Shown: positions 34,530-48,292, numbered from the stretch's first letter. The stretch is DNA of 64,000 bases from Dendrobates tinctorius (GCF_039654945.1 NW_027361743.1:31682001-31746000), one strand, 5' to 3'. Numbers and translations are program-made. Notes: generated by a model from the letters alone, not told the origin.

Positions 34530-36636
34530 CTTGTGCGAGGTGTGCGGACCGGAGCCGTTTGTGTACGGAGCAGAGCCGAGTGTGTACGAGGTGTACTGAG
34601 CGGAGCCGTTTGTGTACGGAGCGGAGCCGAGTGTGTGCGAGGTGTACGGAGTGGAGCCTTGTGTGCACGAGGTGTGCAGAGCCACGCGTGTACGAGGTGT
34701 ACGGAGCAGAGCCGAGTGTGTGTACAAGGTGTACGGAGCGGAGCAGCGCGTGTACGGAGATGTGCATGTATTTTGGCATTGGGGGCCCCATTTGAAAGTT
34801 ATTATGTAACGTGGGCTATGGGCACTTATGGCCGTGTGAAAGGGATAAGGGAAACCGTGCTTCAGATAGGAGTTCTGCAGCAGCTGCGATATGACTGTGG
34901 CTTTCATGCTGGGAGTACATGGCTTTGTAGGGCAGCGGCTACGTCCAGCTAAATAAACCTGTCTCCCCCTGAGGGGCTGCAGTGCCATTGTGGGGTGGGG
35001 AGCCTTAGGGTAAATCCTCGTGTTGTACCCCACAGGGGCAAACTCCCACCCACCTGCCCGATATTCTGTGCTGCAGAGCCGGCTCCTGCCCACTTACCCC
35101 ACTGTTACAGGTTGCCCTATGTGCATGAGATGTCATCTTCTAGGTGTCTTTCACTTGTCCCCAGATGACTCCCAATACAGTAACCAAAGCCCCCCGTCCT
35201 CTCCCTCCCCTGCTCTAGCTGCAGGGCTCAGACATAGGGGAGGGGGGTAATATTATCTAGTCTTTTCTTACCTCAGGGATTTTTTGGGGTCATCTTTTGA
35301 CAACTCTTATAAAGTCACCTGCTCTATTCTCACAATGTGCGAGGCAGCAGAGAAGTCTGCTTTGGTTTGATCTTATGCGAACTTGTTCCTCCCCCCCCCA
35401 TAAAAGCTTCACACTTCTCATATGATGGTGTTTTTGCAGTGTAAAATTGACTGGGGGCTTTATAGCCCCACTGGTTCTCGGTCCGCTCTGTGCCATTTTT
35501 AGGGTTAGGGTTGTTTTATGGGGTTTGGCAGAACAGATTTGTGATGGTAATGTAACATAAAGCGCAGTCCTGGGACCATTAGATACTTATAAATATGCAT
35601 TGATATTCCTCCAGGAAATGTGTGAGTAAATACAAACGAGTGGGAGATTCCCACTGAAATGCGCATTTTAAAATCCACAGTGTTTCACTTGTATGTGACA
35701 AGATCCACATGTGTCACATGATTTTGTTGAGGAAAGTCCACATTGAATGTGCTGCTCGTGCGCTTACTCTTAGGGCTGACCCTCACTACAGGTCTAGTGC
35801 TGAACATTGAGGATTTTCCAGGTTCTGATTAGAGCACAACGAAATCACCTATGTCAATGTCATGCAGGTAAATTGATCTGATTGGCAGTTCACTATCAGA
35901 TCTGTAGCAGTGGGGACATATAAGTCAGGGACATGGCAGCCCCTCCATTCTCATCTTGTCATCTTTGACCGCTGGGACCTTGGATACAAGTGTCAGTGCT
36001 GATCACTGGCAATTTGTTAGCACAGTCCTTGTCTACAGAAGCATGTCTGGTCTGAAGAGCTGATGTCTGTGATCTCTCAAGTTTTGGGGTGCACATACAC
36101 CTTACATAGCTGGCAGCCAAAAGCCCTTTTCTGAGAAGTTGGGGTCCTAAAGCTATGTTTGAATGGAGCATAAGGGATTTTGTGTGACCATCGCCCATAG
36201 GCTGTGTCAGCGCGCTACGTGGTGGGACCGGATTGGGAGCAGAAGACGGTGACCGTGGACGGCAGCGGGATGGCGAGGCGCAGACGGCAGGCACTGGCAG
36301 ACCAGTCATGAGGCTGCGGCAAGCGAGCAGGGTGAGTAGACTGTCTGTCTCTCTCTGACTCTCTCCGACGTCTCCATGGCTCTGTCTCCGGTGGCATGGC
36401 GGCGGTGCCCAAAGAGCCAAGAAGGGAGGGGGATCAGAATCTGGGGGTCTCATGGGGGGTACAATTACATTGATGTAATATGTGACCAACCTAATATAAG
36501 GGACTGCCTTTGCCACCTTGTTGGCGTAGGTTAGAGTTAGACTGGCACTGACACAGTATCATCTAGTCATTATCTGAAGATGGATGCATGGTTAAAAAAA
36601 TTTACCAAATGTTTAATAGGTTAGAGTAGAGTAGGG

Positions 36637-36712
36637 CACTGTCAATAGAGTCTACCTTGTCGTGGTGGCAGGCTTAAAAAAACTTTTGGTCAACACTAAA
36701 GCTGATGGCTAT
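36637..36712 (+). ncRNA. Decayed HDV-like ribozyme fold, copy 4
   Basis: CACUGUC/GGCAG-G (1-nt deletion); ACC-UUGUCGU-GGU; CU; candidate J4/2 CUGA; P2 poorly paired. Confidence 0.45.
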
Positions 36713-37951
36713 GTACAGTATGTGATATGGTGTTAATATGTGATTGGTGAGGGCGTGGTGCAGAAGTGAAGTTTTTCCAAGAAAGGGTGGAGGGATTTTG
36801 GAAGGTTTGCGTGGTGGAGGAGGAGCTAGGGTGGAGGCAGAACTGGGGGTGGAGCCTGGGCGAGTCTCAAGGGGGACCCCCATAAATTTTGCCAGTATGG
36901 GGCCCCGAAATTCCTAGTGGCAGCCCTGCCAGGCCTCATTTCATAACCAAAATATTTAGTGCTAATTCTATGGTCCTGTCATCAGTCCACATTTCAGCAT
37001 CTAAATCATTTGTGCTAATTGTGTGGTCCAGCCCACCAGTCCACATTTTAATATATTAACTGTTTGTGCTAATTCTGTGGTCTAGTCACACTTTATCAGT
37101 CAATAAATGCTGATTATTAAATTGGTGACAGGTGACTGACAGGTCTGTGCCTAGGGTTGTGAAACAGCTGGTTAAAAAGGTGAAGAGTACTTCCAACATG
37201 AGTGGGGAAAAAGCAACATTTTGGTGGTAGGGGGAATAAGCTTGGTGTTCAAGGTGTATGTGGGGTAGGTGAGAGTTGGGTCATCATTTTGGGTGCAGCC
37301 TGGTGTGGTGTCACCATAATACATGCTGGTGTAGCATTCCCGTAATACAGCCGGGTGGAGCATGCACGTACTACAGCCTGGTGGAGCATGCTCGTACTAC
37401 AGCCTAGTGTAGCGTGTCTGTAATATAGGCGGTGTCAGCGTGTCCAGAATACATCACTTCCACAGTCCAAAACATGATAGCTTTTTCCCATACCCTCACT
37501 GACAGATTCATGCTTTTTATTGTGATCTGTAAGCAAAATTAACTACTTTAATGACTATTCATAGTTTCACTGCATCGTCCGTGTATATGCGGTAGTCGTA
37601 TTAAAGGGCCTCAACTTACAAACTTTTTCAAATCCAATCCACTTCACAATCTATTTAAATTCATCCCCAATTTTCTTCAGAGACCTAGTCAAGTTTTTGT
37701 TTATTGCCATCTTGTTTTGTTTTTGATTGTCTCAAATCAGTATCATCTGCTGTAAATAAGTGTTCATTCTGGTCACATACATCTCTTCCACAGTCCAGAA
37801 CGTAATAGCTTTTTTGCCCTGCACTCATAGACAGATTCATATTTTATGGTGATCTGTTAACAGAAATTCATAAAACCAAGCAAAATTAACTAATTTAATG
37901 ACTACTTGCAGTTTCACTGTACCATCTGTGTGTATGCGGTAGTCGTGGGAG

Positions 37952-38227
37952 ACTTTAGTGTACGCTACTGGAGCTGGAATTACCATGTTTGAGGGCACTA
38001 GATTTGCTCTAAAATAGATCCTAGTTAAAGGGTTTAAAGCACTTATTCCAATTACAGAGCCTCTATAGAATCCTGTATTGCTATTTTGTCTCACTACTGT
38101 ACATCACTTGATCGGGAGTGGGCAGTTTGCGCGCCTTCTGCCTTCCTTAGATGTGGTAGCCATTTCTCATGCTCCTTCTCCAGAATCAAACCCTGATTCT
38201 CTGATATCCATGGTTACCATGTAAGCA
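37952..38227 (-). pseudogene. Degenerate 18S rRNA fragment (5' domain)
   Basis: Reverse complement of conserved 18S blocks: TACGCTA(C/T)TGGAGCTGGAATTACC, TTCCAATTACAG, TTTGCGCGCCT.CTGCCTTCCTT.GATGTGGTAGCC and GAATC.AACCCTGATT. Confidence 0.9.
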
Positions 38228-41200
38228 AACCTGTACGGCACAGGGGGTTGGAAGGGAGAGCCCTTTGCCATGCGGGCAGGACCTGAAGCATCAGGAACAC
38301 ATCCCTTGCACAGGCAGAGTGAGGTGACTCCGCTCCAGAGAACACCACAGCCGCCTTGCCTCGTCACCCATCTCACCCAAGGCGACGCACAGGGTCACTG
38401 AGGAGAGAGACAAGGACGCGGGGGACTATGCGGCACCTCAGTCAGGCTTAGACCTGCCTCTGCCACTGGGGGTTCACGATACAACAGCAGACAGGTGTAG
38501 GGATTGGGAAAGGGGAGTTGACCGTCAGGGTCCATTGCACCTTTGAAATGAACTGGGTAAGTGTAGTGGCGGCTGGGGCTGGGTGCATGTTATCGAACAT
38601 GGCAAGTGGTGACACCATCATCAGCGTTACTATCCCACTTCTATGCTGCAGGCATTGGTGAATGAGGTGGTGGCACAGGGGGAAGTGTAGGAGTAACAAT
38701 TACCATTTACGCCATTATGAGGTCTTAAAATTGTTCAGAAGAGCTGCCAAACAAGAAGCTGTAGATGCCAAACATACATACATATCGGTAAAATATTATA
38801 CCCACAGTGTGTCCATAGTCTTAAAGTCTCTGTGATAGTACTGCTTCCACCATAGTTTATGGTTGAGCAATAGGATTAGCAGCAGTGGTCAATACCTTAA
38901 AATCCATAGTTAGATCTTCATTTTGTTAAAAAATTATCTACTAGAGATCCTGTCATGCTCTTCATATACTGATGATTGAAACTTACAACACTGTTCGACA
39001 GGACTTTTCATATTCTAAGTCTCCCCTAGACAATTCTAGAAAAGGCACCAAGTGACTAAAAGTCATCTACAGAAATAACTTTTTCCAGAATTTCTGTGGT
39101 AGCTCATAAGAGTGGCCAAAATGTATGCTCCCTATGGAGTATACTTTGGAAAATTCTCTAAATCTTCTCATTATCTCAGTTAGTGGAACCAATATTAACA
39201 CTCAGCCAAGATGAAACACGACTGTTTATGTTGTTGGAGACATTGACCACAACTTTATGAGCGGCAACAGAACACAAGCAATGCTTCCAACGACTTAGTC
39301 CAAACATTCTTCTATCTGTTCGTTACCCGAAGTTAAGAGTGAAGATCAAATAATGATTCCCACAAAGGGGAAGGCAACATGATGACATAATGGGAAACAC
39401 ACAGGATAAATTGGACATAGCAAGTCTACGAGACGCTGGCCACTGCCAGGGGTCAAGACCAGAGCCTTGTGTGGTCGTTCAATTTAATTGTGAATGTGAT
39501 CAAACGTGAAATGTTAATGAAACCTCCTAGGCAGAGGAATTCAACAGTGACCACATCATATACAACTTTCACTAGAAAATTGGAAGGAATGTTTATTTTT
39601 TCAATTTTTTTCTACATTAATGTAGAACGGAGAATTCTAGGTTAAAGTTAGAAAAGCATTGCCCCGTAAATATTGTTTTCTCTGCAAAGTTATTTTAGCC
39701 TAACACCCATTCATTACGCACCATAAAAATAATGCATTGTTTTATCTATGGCATAGTAAAGACAACCCAGAAGGGAAATGGATAAGCAGACAGTTTCCTT
39801 CCTGACTTAATTCAAAATGATTCCTTTCTCAGATCTCATATGAGAGATATGTGGCTACACGGTGTGCCAGATTGGCATATAGTCAGGCAAGGCGCACACA
39901 CAATAGCCCACTTCAAAAATGGAGATCAGGCATTGTATAAACAAGCTGGTCAATAGCTGGAAACATCAAGGATATTTTGTGGTTTTTCCATATACCATAT
40001 AACACTTTGGAACAATACTGGACAAAAAGTCATCCATCTACAGTTTATGAAGTAATGTAGAGATGTTAGCAGTTATCATCGATTTCCCCTCTGATACTAA
40101 ACCTCAGAGAAACCTGCAGTCATACATGGAAAATGTTATGCTAGTATAAATACTAAAAGGGCTTATCTATATTTTGGGTTGTAATATCTAATAAAAATAA
40201 TTAATATTCTTTTTTATAGGATATAAAGTGTTTTCTCAACATAGAAAAATCTAACTCCTGGCGACTGAGGAGGTTATGATCGAATACCAAATAATTCAGC
40301 GTTCCTTCTTGTTCATGTCCTCAAATGAACAAGCTATCAATCATGTCTGATATCAATGTTTAGCTGGCTGTCCATACTATGCTCACAGACTGGATTGCAC
40401 TAGGGTTTCTTGGGTTCATCACAAGAAATTCTTCCGATAGCCCTGGAAGAACTTGATGGGTTTATGTCTTTTTGGTCATACACTGTGTGCAGAATTATAA
40501 GGTAAGTGAGTATTTTCACCATTAACATCATTTATGCAGATTTTCCAACTCCAAGATATATAGCATTGAATGATTATTGGATGATGCAGATCAGGTGATG
40601 TGTATTTGTGTAAGGCCAGGTTCACATAGCGTTAACACAGCCCGTTCAACGCATAGCATTGACAGGCTGCATTAACGCTATAGCATAACGCGATATGCGT
40701 TATGCTATACAGCTAGCGCTGATGCTGCCGTTGGTGTGGTTTTCCTGTGCTTGTTGCTGCAAAGAGGATCTGAGGTTTGTCCCCGTGGTGGGGTGATTCA
40801 TGGGTGGAATCATATAGAGGAGCAGTCCCGTTGGGGGCCCAGTGCTCGAACCGTACCTCATAAGGGACGGACACCCCGGATTGACCAGTGATTGTGACTC
40901 TCTTTATAGTCAAAATATCCTGAAGTCCTGATCATTGTTAGTAATCGGGCGTGGTGAAGTGATCGAAGACTGGGTAGGATACGTAACTCAGGTATATATA
41001 GATAGATATATATAACCAGAGGTGTCCGGAGGGATAGTCTGAGACGCCCTCCTCCTGTCACTGAGTACCGCAAATTTTGGGCAATCCCAGAGGGGGATTA
41101 TTGACCCTGTGGAACAGACTGATACGGCTACTCCAGATCTGTGCACAACTGAAGTAAGGATATTTAGCTCTAAATGAGAGAATCCGTGGAAGGAAAAGAA

Positions 41201-42269
41201 GAATTTTGTGGCTTGGCACATGAATTGTGTGACGAAGGTGTTAGGAAGAACAGAGGAAGTGGATTCTGATTGTTTCTGTTACTGCTATGTTGAAGAAGGA
41301 AAAATTGTCTATTGTTATGGCAAGTACTGGATGTTTTGTGGTTCAAGAAAGTGACTGTGGTGTGAGGAAGTGATTGATTAAGAAAGAACTAAGATTGATA
41401 CTAATGTGTCAGGCAGACAAATAGTTAAAAGTGATGATTTGAAAGAAGAGGTCTCCCTGCTAGATGACAATTGTACAAGGAGACCGATAGTCGCATCCCC
41501 CACCTTTTCTTTGTTAAACGCTCACGGTATCTATTATCAGCCACCGCCTCCAGCCTTAGTCCCTGTTATGCCTAATATTGCTAGTGGTTATGAGTATCCA
41601 CCCCCTTCCATTTACCAGATCCAGAGAAAAAAAATAAAAAGTTTTCAGAAGAATTTAACCCGTTCTGCAGCAGCAAGGAAGCAGAAAAATAAATCAACAG
41701 CGGCAGCTGTGACAGCCGCCCCTGCTCTAACAGCAGCCCCCACCATCGCGCTCAGCGCGGCTGCGAGCACACAGTTTGTCCCTTATCAGTGTGCCCTTTG
41801 GCCCATACAGCAAACTCTGGCCCCCCTCCGACTTCAGCTCCTAATCCTATGACTTGGAACCTTCTCCCCAGCCCCTCCCTGCCAATGCTGGCACTGTGCC
41901 AGACTCGGACACTTTCAGAGAGATTGTCATACAGGCTGCTGTTTTAATCGGGGTAGATGGCAGACCCAATTAATATACTTTTATAAACCCCATAAAACCC
42001 TTCCCCGAGGTTACTATTCAGTTTGTAATCTCTCCCATATGTCCTGTAAATTTACTAGGGGCAGATTTACTATCACAGTTCCACTCCGGAATACAATTCC
42101 AAGATGATGGTCAGATGGTTCTTACGTTACATAACTCCTATGCAGATGAAGACAGTGAGGAAATCTGTATTTTGCATGCCTTTCCCACAGATGCCACAAG
42201 GGGCCCAAAACAGTCCCAACCAGTTTGCAAATAAAAAAAAAAAATATGAGCGAGTGTCTTTTGCCATTG

Positions 42270-44060
42270 CTGCCATTGTTAGCCTCCTTAAGTATCTGGC
42301 AGCACTGAACGGTCGGGTTTCGGCCTCGAGACTTCAGTTCTGCCTTGGTCAAGTGATATTCTTGGGTCACTGTCTCCTTCAGGGTGCCAGACACCTCGCA
42401 GAAGAAAGAAAAATAGCCGCCAGCTCCCTTCCTTTCCCAAAAAATGAAACTGAACTCCAGCGCTTTCTAGGACTATGCACTTATTGCTGTCAGTGGATAC
42501 CGGATGCATCCCGCATAATGCAACCCCTTTACAATGCTTTGAAAGACGGTATAATGAACTATAAGGAAAGATGGCAGTGATGAGGATTACCTCCGATATG
42601 ATTGTTCCCAACTTTTGACTGAAGAAACAGCTACTCCACCAAATGTCAGTGAGAATCCACTCCCAAATCCTGATCTGGTGTTATACACGGATGGTTCAAG
42701 ATATGCTGATGAGTTTGGTAGACTCCACACGGGATATGCTGTTACCACAGAGGAAACTGTAGTGCACGCAGCTGCGCTCCCACCCTCACAGTCAGCACGA
42801 GAAGCAGAACTCCAGGCTCTGTCTACTGCATGTACTTTGGCCAAGAACAGACGGGCTAATATATACACGGACTCATGGTATGCATTTGGAATTGCTCACG
42901 ATTTTGGGGCTCAATGGGCCAATCGAGGGTTTATTACTACTGTCGGAACTCCAGTAAAAAATGCTGAAGCTGTTAAAACCCTCATGGACTCAATCAAATT
43001 ACCTACTCAGGTGGCTATTATCAAAGTTAAGGCGCACGGTCCTAGGACCAGTCCACAGACTGTTGGCAACACATTTACGGATATGCAAGCAAAAGCCGCC
43101 GCTCTCTTTCCCGTTGAACCAACCATACCAACTATGGTGACCACACGCTCTCAGCGTAAACAGTTACAAGAAGCATTGACCCTACAAGAACCCGATGATC
43201 TACAACAGACTGAAGTTTTCTGTCGGACCCCGCGAGACTGCTTAATATCGATGCAGAGAATGTCTCCAAAGGAAGAGGTGAAGCAATGGAAGACTGATGA
43301 GGCACATATGGATAATGGTCTCTGGAAAAAGGACCGACTTGTGTGTCTCCCTACCCGGATGTACCCTGCTATTGCCACATGGGCACATGGACCTATACAT
43401 CGAGGAAAGAATCAGGCCCTTGCACTGGTGCAAAAATTCTACCGGGCCCCGGTTCTCCAGTTGGCCGGAAGCATTCTCTGTTACCAACATGACTGCAAAG
43501 ACCACTGCGAAGAAACTGGTGATGGAAGTTATATGTAGATATGGGGTTCCAGAAGTTGTTGAAAGTGATCAAGGTCCGGCCTTTTCTTCTCATGTGCACC
43601 AAAAAGTTCTGACAATGCTTGGATCCACTGTAGCCCTCCATACTCCATACCACCCACAATCCAGTGGGAAAGTTGAGAGGCTGAACGGCACACTGAGGGA
43701 ACAATTGACCAAAATGATGCAGGAGACTACGGCTCCATGGCCAGAGCTCCTACCCATTGTGCTATACCACATTCTTACTACCCCTATTGTAAAACATGGC
43801 CTGTCCCCATATGAGATATTGTTTGGTGCTAGGCCCCCAGTTGCGAATTTCCAGCCTCAGCAGTTGTCAGAAGAAACTGACCGTGCTGTTCAGTATGTTA
43901 TTCAGCTTAGTAAAAATCTTGCTAACACCTATGCTCTAGTTTTCTTTTCTAGATTCAGCAGAAACCGACACCTGTTATAACCTGAAGCCTGGTGATTTGG
44001 TAGTCGTGAAGAGGCATGTCAGGAAGCACAGACTAGAACCCTTGTATGATGGTTGGTCCC
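42270..44060 (+). pseudogene. ERV pol fragments (RT 3' part, RNase H, integrase)
   Basis: ORFs 42104-42580, 42615-43538 and 43297-43980. Confidence 0.9.
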
Positions 44061-44692
44061 TATCAAGTTCTCCTCATCACCCAACAAGCCAATAGCAAAT
44101 AAAGGGACATAATGTTTTGGTTTTTCGCATTTTCCATATTATTATTGGTAGAAGTTAAAAGTTAAAGTTAGAAGATATTCAAAGACTCAGAGATCAATAC
44201 GATAAAGACAATGATCGTAATATGGACAGTTGGTGGTCAGACACCTTCTCCTTTCTCAATCCAGCCAATTGGTTTAAGGGAATTGGGGGCTGGATATCTG
44301 GGATCTTACAGAGCTTGTTACACATCCCTGTATCCTTGTTGTATATGTGATACTAAAACTTGTTCTTTGGTGTATTTCTGTATGTATTAGGAAATTCTAC
44401 ACTAAGCCAGCTAATGATGATACCAAAGGTGTCGTTGCCCCTGTTCTTCTCTGCACCAATCTCAAAAGGCTACTTGATGAAGATGTTGAAGCCAAGCACA
44501 TGGCTACCTACAAAAGATCTCCACCACCGTCATCAAAAATTGTTATTCGCGAACTGCAGTATACAGGGGGGACGGGTGCGCCGCGACAGCCATGACTGGT
44601 AACACAGCATCAGTCATGTGAAGGCCAGTACCCCTCAAGCTGTTAGCACCTCTGATGCTGCATATGTGTTAACAAAATTTATCTAGGGGGAA

Positions 44693-45135
44693 TGTGAAGG
44701 GTTAAAACTAAAATCGGAGCTGAATTTTCATTTTGTCTATTCTCTGAAGGTTTCGTTTCTCTGTTTTTGTTGCTGTAAGATAAATTTTGTAATTAGGTAA
44801 AAGTTCAAACTGTCATGAAACCAGACTGTTCCCATCAGGTGCAAGATAAGGGAGGTGAGGGTGTAAAACTCTGAAGAATATGCCATTATACTACTTTCTA
44901 TTTGGATACGGACATGTATGTAGTTTCCGGTTTTCTTGCAATATTATTGGCTTACAAAGTGAAATGATGTTATTGGTAGTTGAGAACTTTGCATAATTAA
45001 GCGAAATGTTATAAAAAAAGTGACTAAAATAAAGGGGCTTAGTGATCTGTCTTGATCCTCCCGTACAGAGACCCCCCGTCTCCGTTTGGTCATTTGAGTT
45101 GCTAGCAACACTCTGTGGAATAATTTGGACATCAC
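44693..45135 (+). repeat. ERV 3' LTR
   Basis: PPT AGGGGGAA then TGTGAAG; TATAAAAA at about 45010; AATAAA at about 45028; right end approximate. Confidence 0.65.
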
Positions 45136-45652
45136 TTGCTCAACCATGAAGGGTTAATTTAGCCCTCCCTAAATAGCTCCCTCGACAGAGGAAGAATGTG
45201 TAGGCAGAGAATATGTGTCTGGGCAGAGAATATGTGTGAGATGAGACTATGTGCGTGTCTGTGGGTGTCTGCGTCTGCGAGTGTCTGTGTGTATCTCTCT
45301 GCAGGTGTCTGCATCTGCAGGTGTCTGTGTGTGTCTGTCTGTGGGTGTCTGTGTGTATCTGTCTGTGGGTGTCTGCGTCTGTCAGCGGGTGTCTGTGTGT
45401 GTGTACCCATGCGACAAACAGCCCATAGTGATTGTAATTAGGCGTCGTCTGATGGGACTACCACTGCCATCCAGCTATGTCTGCTGTCACATATAACAGA
45501 GACAGCATGAGCCGATGATGTGAGAATAGTCTCATCATCCGGTGCCTGAGTTCAGTTGCAAAAAGAAAATCAAAACATTGGCATACATATACAATACAAT
45601 ACAATCACATACAATATACATACTCACCGAACACTAATATTCGACGCATCTA

Positions 45653-46126
45653 CTGCAGGCAATCAAAAATAATAAACCAACATATACTCCCTGTTCACCG
45701 TAGTCCATTTAATACCAAGTGTCCCATGTTGATGTCACCCGGCCGCCGGCAATACATTGACAGGAGGTAATCACTCTCGCAGTGTATCACTGAGCCACCG
45801 TAAGAGTTCACCGGAGTACATCAGCTGATCTGCTCCGGTGCTCTCACTTACGGCACTGCAGCCTGAGAAAGTTCTCACACAGCGGTAGTACCGTAAGTGA
45901 GAGCACCGGAGCTGATGAATTCCGGTGAACTCTCACGGCAACGCAGTGATACACTGTGGGAGAGATTACCTCCTGTCAGTGTATTGCCGGAGGCCGGGTA
46001 GAGTAATCACATCTCCTGATGTTACTGTTCTACAAGTGAGATCGCCTTGGGACACTCGGTATTAAATGGACTACGTCGGACAGGATAGTATCATATTTTG
46101 TTTTATCATTTTTTGATTGTTTGCAG
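45653..46126. repeat. Long imperfect palindrome (core of a MITE-like element, about 45160-46740)
   Basis: Arms CGTAGTCCATTTAATACC...GTGCTCTCACTTACGG / CCGTAAGTGAGAGCAC...GGTATTAAATGGACTACG. Confidence 0.8.
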
Positions 46127-46946
46127 GAGATGAGGGTGTTGGGGATTAGGCAATCAATAAGTATGGTTAATTTAGATTCAATAAAGGAGTCTGTGTGATT
46201 ATTTAAAATAAAGGACTTTATTCTGGCTGTGTGTTTACCATATAACTATAGGATTATAGACTTCTCTCCATTACTGACCTGTGGGCTTGATGTCACCTGA
46301 CAGTACAAAGGTGACATCAACCCCCCGACCATTACCCCACTTGTCACCACTACAGGGCAAGTGGGAAGAGCGAGGCTGAGTGCCAAAATTGGCATGGGGC
46401 AGCTGAGAGCTGATGTTTTTGCCTGGGGGGGTGCCAATATCCATGGCTCCTTCCCAGGCTATTAATATCAGCCCACAGCTGTCTGCCTAGCCTTTTACTG
46501 GTTCGATTTTCTAGAGGGACCCCATGTCAGTTTTTTTCTGGGGTTCCCCTGTAAACTAGCCAGTAAAGGCTAAGCAAACATCTGTGACCTGATATTAATA
46601 AACTGGGAACCTTTATGGCTATTGGCTCCTTCCCAAAAATATAACTTAAGCCCTCAGCCGCCGGCTTTCCCTCTGCTGGTTATGAAAATTATGCGTGAGC
46701 CCACGTTATTTTTTTAAAATTTTTTTTTGAAAAATACACAGTTATTGCGTTTCACGCAGACTTCTGACAGTAGCCGTTTTGTTACAGCATATGTAGGTTA
46801 ATTATGTTAATGCTCCTATATTCCTACCTAGGCATTTGTGTGTGTCTTTATTTAACTCTTTATGTACCATTTTATTAATGACTCTGAGTGTATCTGGTTG
46901 ACACCTATACATTAGTAAACCTCAAACTTGGTATCATATATATAAA

Positions 46947-48292
46947 TGCCTCAAGACAAGGAAAAGATGCTTAGTAGTGTGTGTGGCCTCCACATGCCTG
47001 TATGAACTCCGTACAATTCCTGGGCATGCTCCTGATGAGGCGGCAAATGGTCTCCTGAGGGATCTCCTCCCAGACCTGGACTAAAGCATCTGCCAACTCC
47101 TGGACAGCCTGTGGTGCAACGTGACGCTGGTGGATGGAGCGAGACATGATGTCCCAGATGTGCTCAATCGGATTCAGGTCTGGGGAATGGGCGGGCAAGT
47201 CCATAGCTTCAATGTCTTCATCTTGCAGGAACTGCTGACACACTCCAGCCACATTAGGTCTGGCATTGTCCTGCATTAGGAGGAACCCAGGGCCAACCGC
47301 ACCAGCATATGGTCTCACAAGGGGTCTGAGGATCTCATCTTGGTACCTAATGGCAGTCAGGCTACCTCTGGCGAGCACATGGAGGGCTGTGCGGCCCTCC
47401 GAAGAAATGCCAACCCACACCATTACTGACCCACTGCCAAACCGGTCATGCTGAAGGATGTTGCAGGCAGCAGATCGCTGTCCACGGCATCTCCAGACTC
47501 TGTCACATCTGTCACATGTGCTCAGTGTGAACCTGCTTTCATCTGTGAAGAGCACAGGGCGCCAGTGGTGAATTTGCCAAACCTGGTGTTCTGTGGCAAA
47601 TGCCAAGCGTCCTGCACAGTGTTGGGCTGTGAGCACAACCCCCATCTGTGGACGTCGGGCCCTCAGACCATCCTCATGGAGTCGGTCTCTAACCGTTTGT
47701 GCAAACACATGCACATTTGTAGCCTGCTGGAGGTTATTTTGCAGGGCTCTGGCAGTGCTCCTCCTGTTCCTCCTTGCACAAAGGCGGAGGTAGCAGTCCT
47801 ACTGCTGGGTTGTTGCCCTCCTACAGCCCCCTCCACGTCTCCTGGTGTACTGGCCTGTCTCCTGGTAGCGCCTGCAGCCTCTGGACACTACGCTGACAGA
47901 CACAGCAAACCTTCTTGCCACAGCTCGCATTGATGTGCCATCCTGCATGAGCTGCACTACCTGAGCCACTTGTGTGAGTTGTAAAGTCTGTCTCATGCTA
48001 CCATGACTGTAAAAGCACAACCAAGATTCAAAATTGACAAAAACATCAGCCAGAAAGCATTGGTACTGAGATGTGGTCTGTGGTCCCCACCTGCAGAAAC
48101 ACTCCTTTATTGAGTGTGTCTTGATAATTGCCAATAATTTATATCTGTTGTCTATTCCATTTGCACAACAGTATGTGAAATTGATTGTCAATCAGTGTTG
48201 CTTCCTAAGTGGACAGTTTGATTTCACAGAAGTTTGATTTACTTGGAGTTATATTCTGTTGTTTAAGTGTTCCCTTTATTTTTTGAGCAGTG
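46947..48292 (-). mobile_element. Tc1 transposon, 3' TIR missing; transposase nearly intact with one stop
   Basis: ORFs 47799-48191 and 46971-47714: FTDESRF, QDNARP and SPDLNPIEH; TIR CACTGCTCAAAAAATAAAGGGAACACTT. Confidence 0.93.

Larger units (their letters stand above)
33550..34760. repeat. GC/CpG-rich ~20-30-bp minisatellite split by an insertion at 33873-34529
   Basis: GTGTACGAGGTGTACGGAGCGGAGCC units on both sides. Confidence 0.9.
40712..45135 (+). mobile_element. Internally deleted endogenous retrovirus (class I, epsilon-like inferred); 5' LTR not found
   Basis: gag CWHCARLGHFQRDC (41886-41927); protease end CPVNLLGADLL; RT thumb FLGH...RFLGLCTYCCQWIP; RNase H YTDGS, AELQAL and IYTDS; integrase ESDQGPAF and YHPQSSGKVERLNG; env TM-like WWSDTFSFLNPANWFKGIGGW; PPT + LTR. 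Confidence 0.9.

Noticed and set aside
33446-35093. Repetitive Cys/Arg/His-rich ORFs on both strands
   Set aside because: These are translations of a stop-free minisatellite; the same applies to ORFs at 4104-4612, 6327-6717, 45159-45496 and 50645-51098.
35290-36516. Host exons or ORFs (35959-36516, 35290-35496), and the apparently unique DNA at 9000-10500 and 38700-40450
   Set aside because: No recognisable domain or consistent exon chain; small exons cannot be excluded without RNA-seq or homology searches.
36485-36545. Another HDV-like motif (GCC-ACCTTGTT-GGC)
   Set aside because: L3 does not fit, and no P2, P4 or CNRA could be assigned.
37952-38227. Functional 18S rRNA locus
   Set aside because: Only about 275 bp, with many substitutions in universally conserved positions and no other rDNA nearby.
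38970-38985. CTGATGA..GAAA hammerhead core
   Set aside because: Only 2 nt lie between the boxes (no stem II) and stems I and III do not form.
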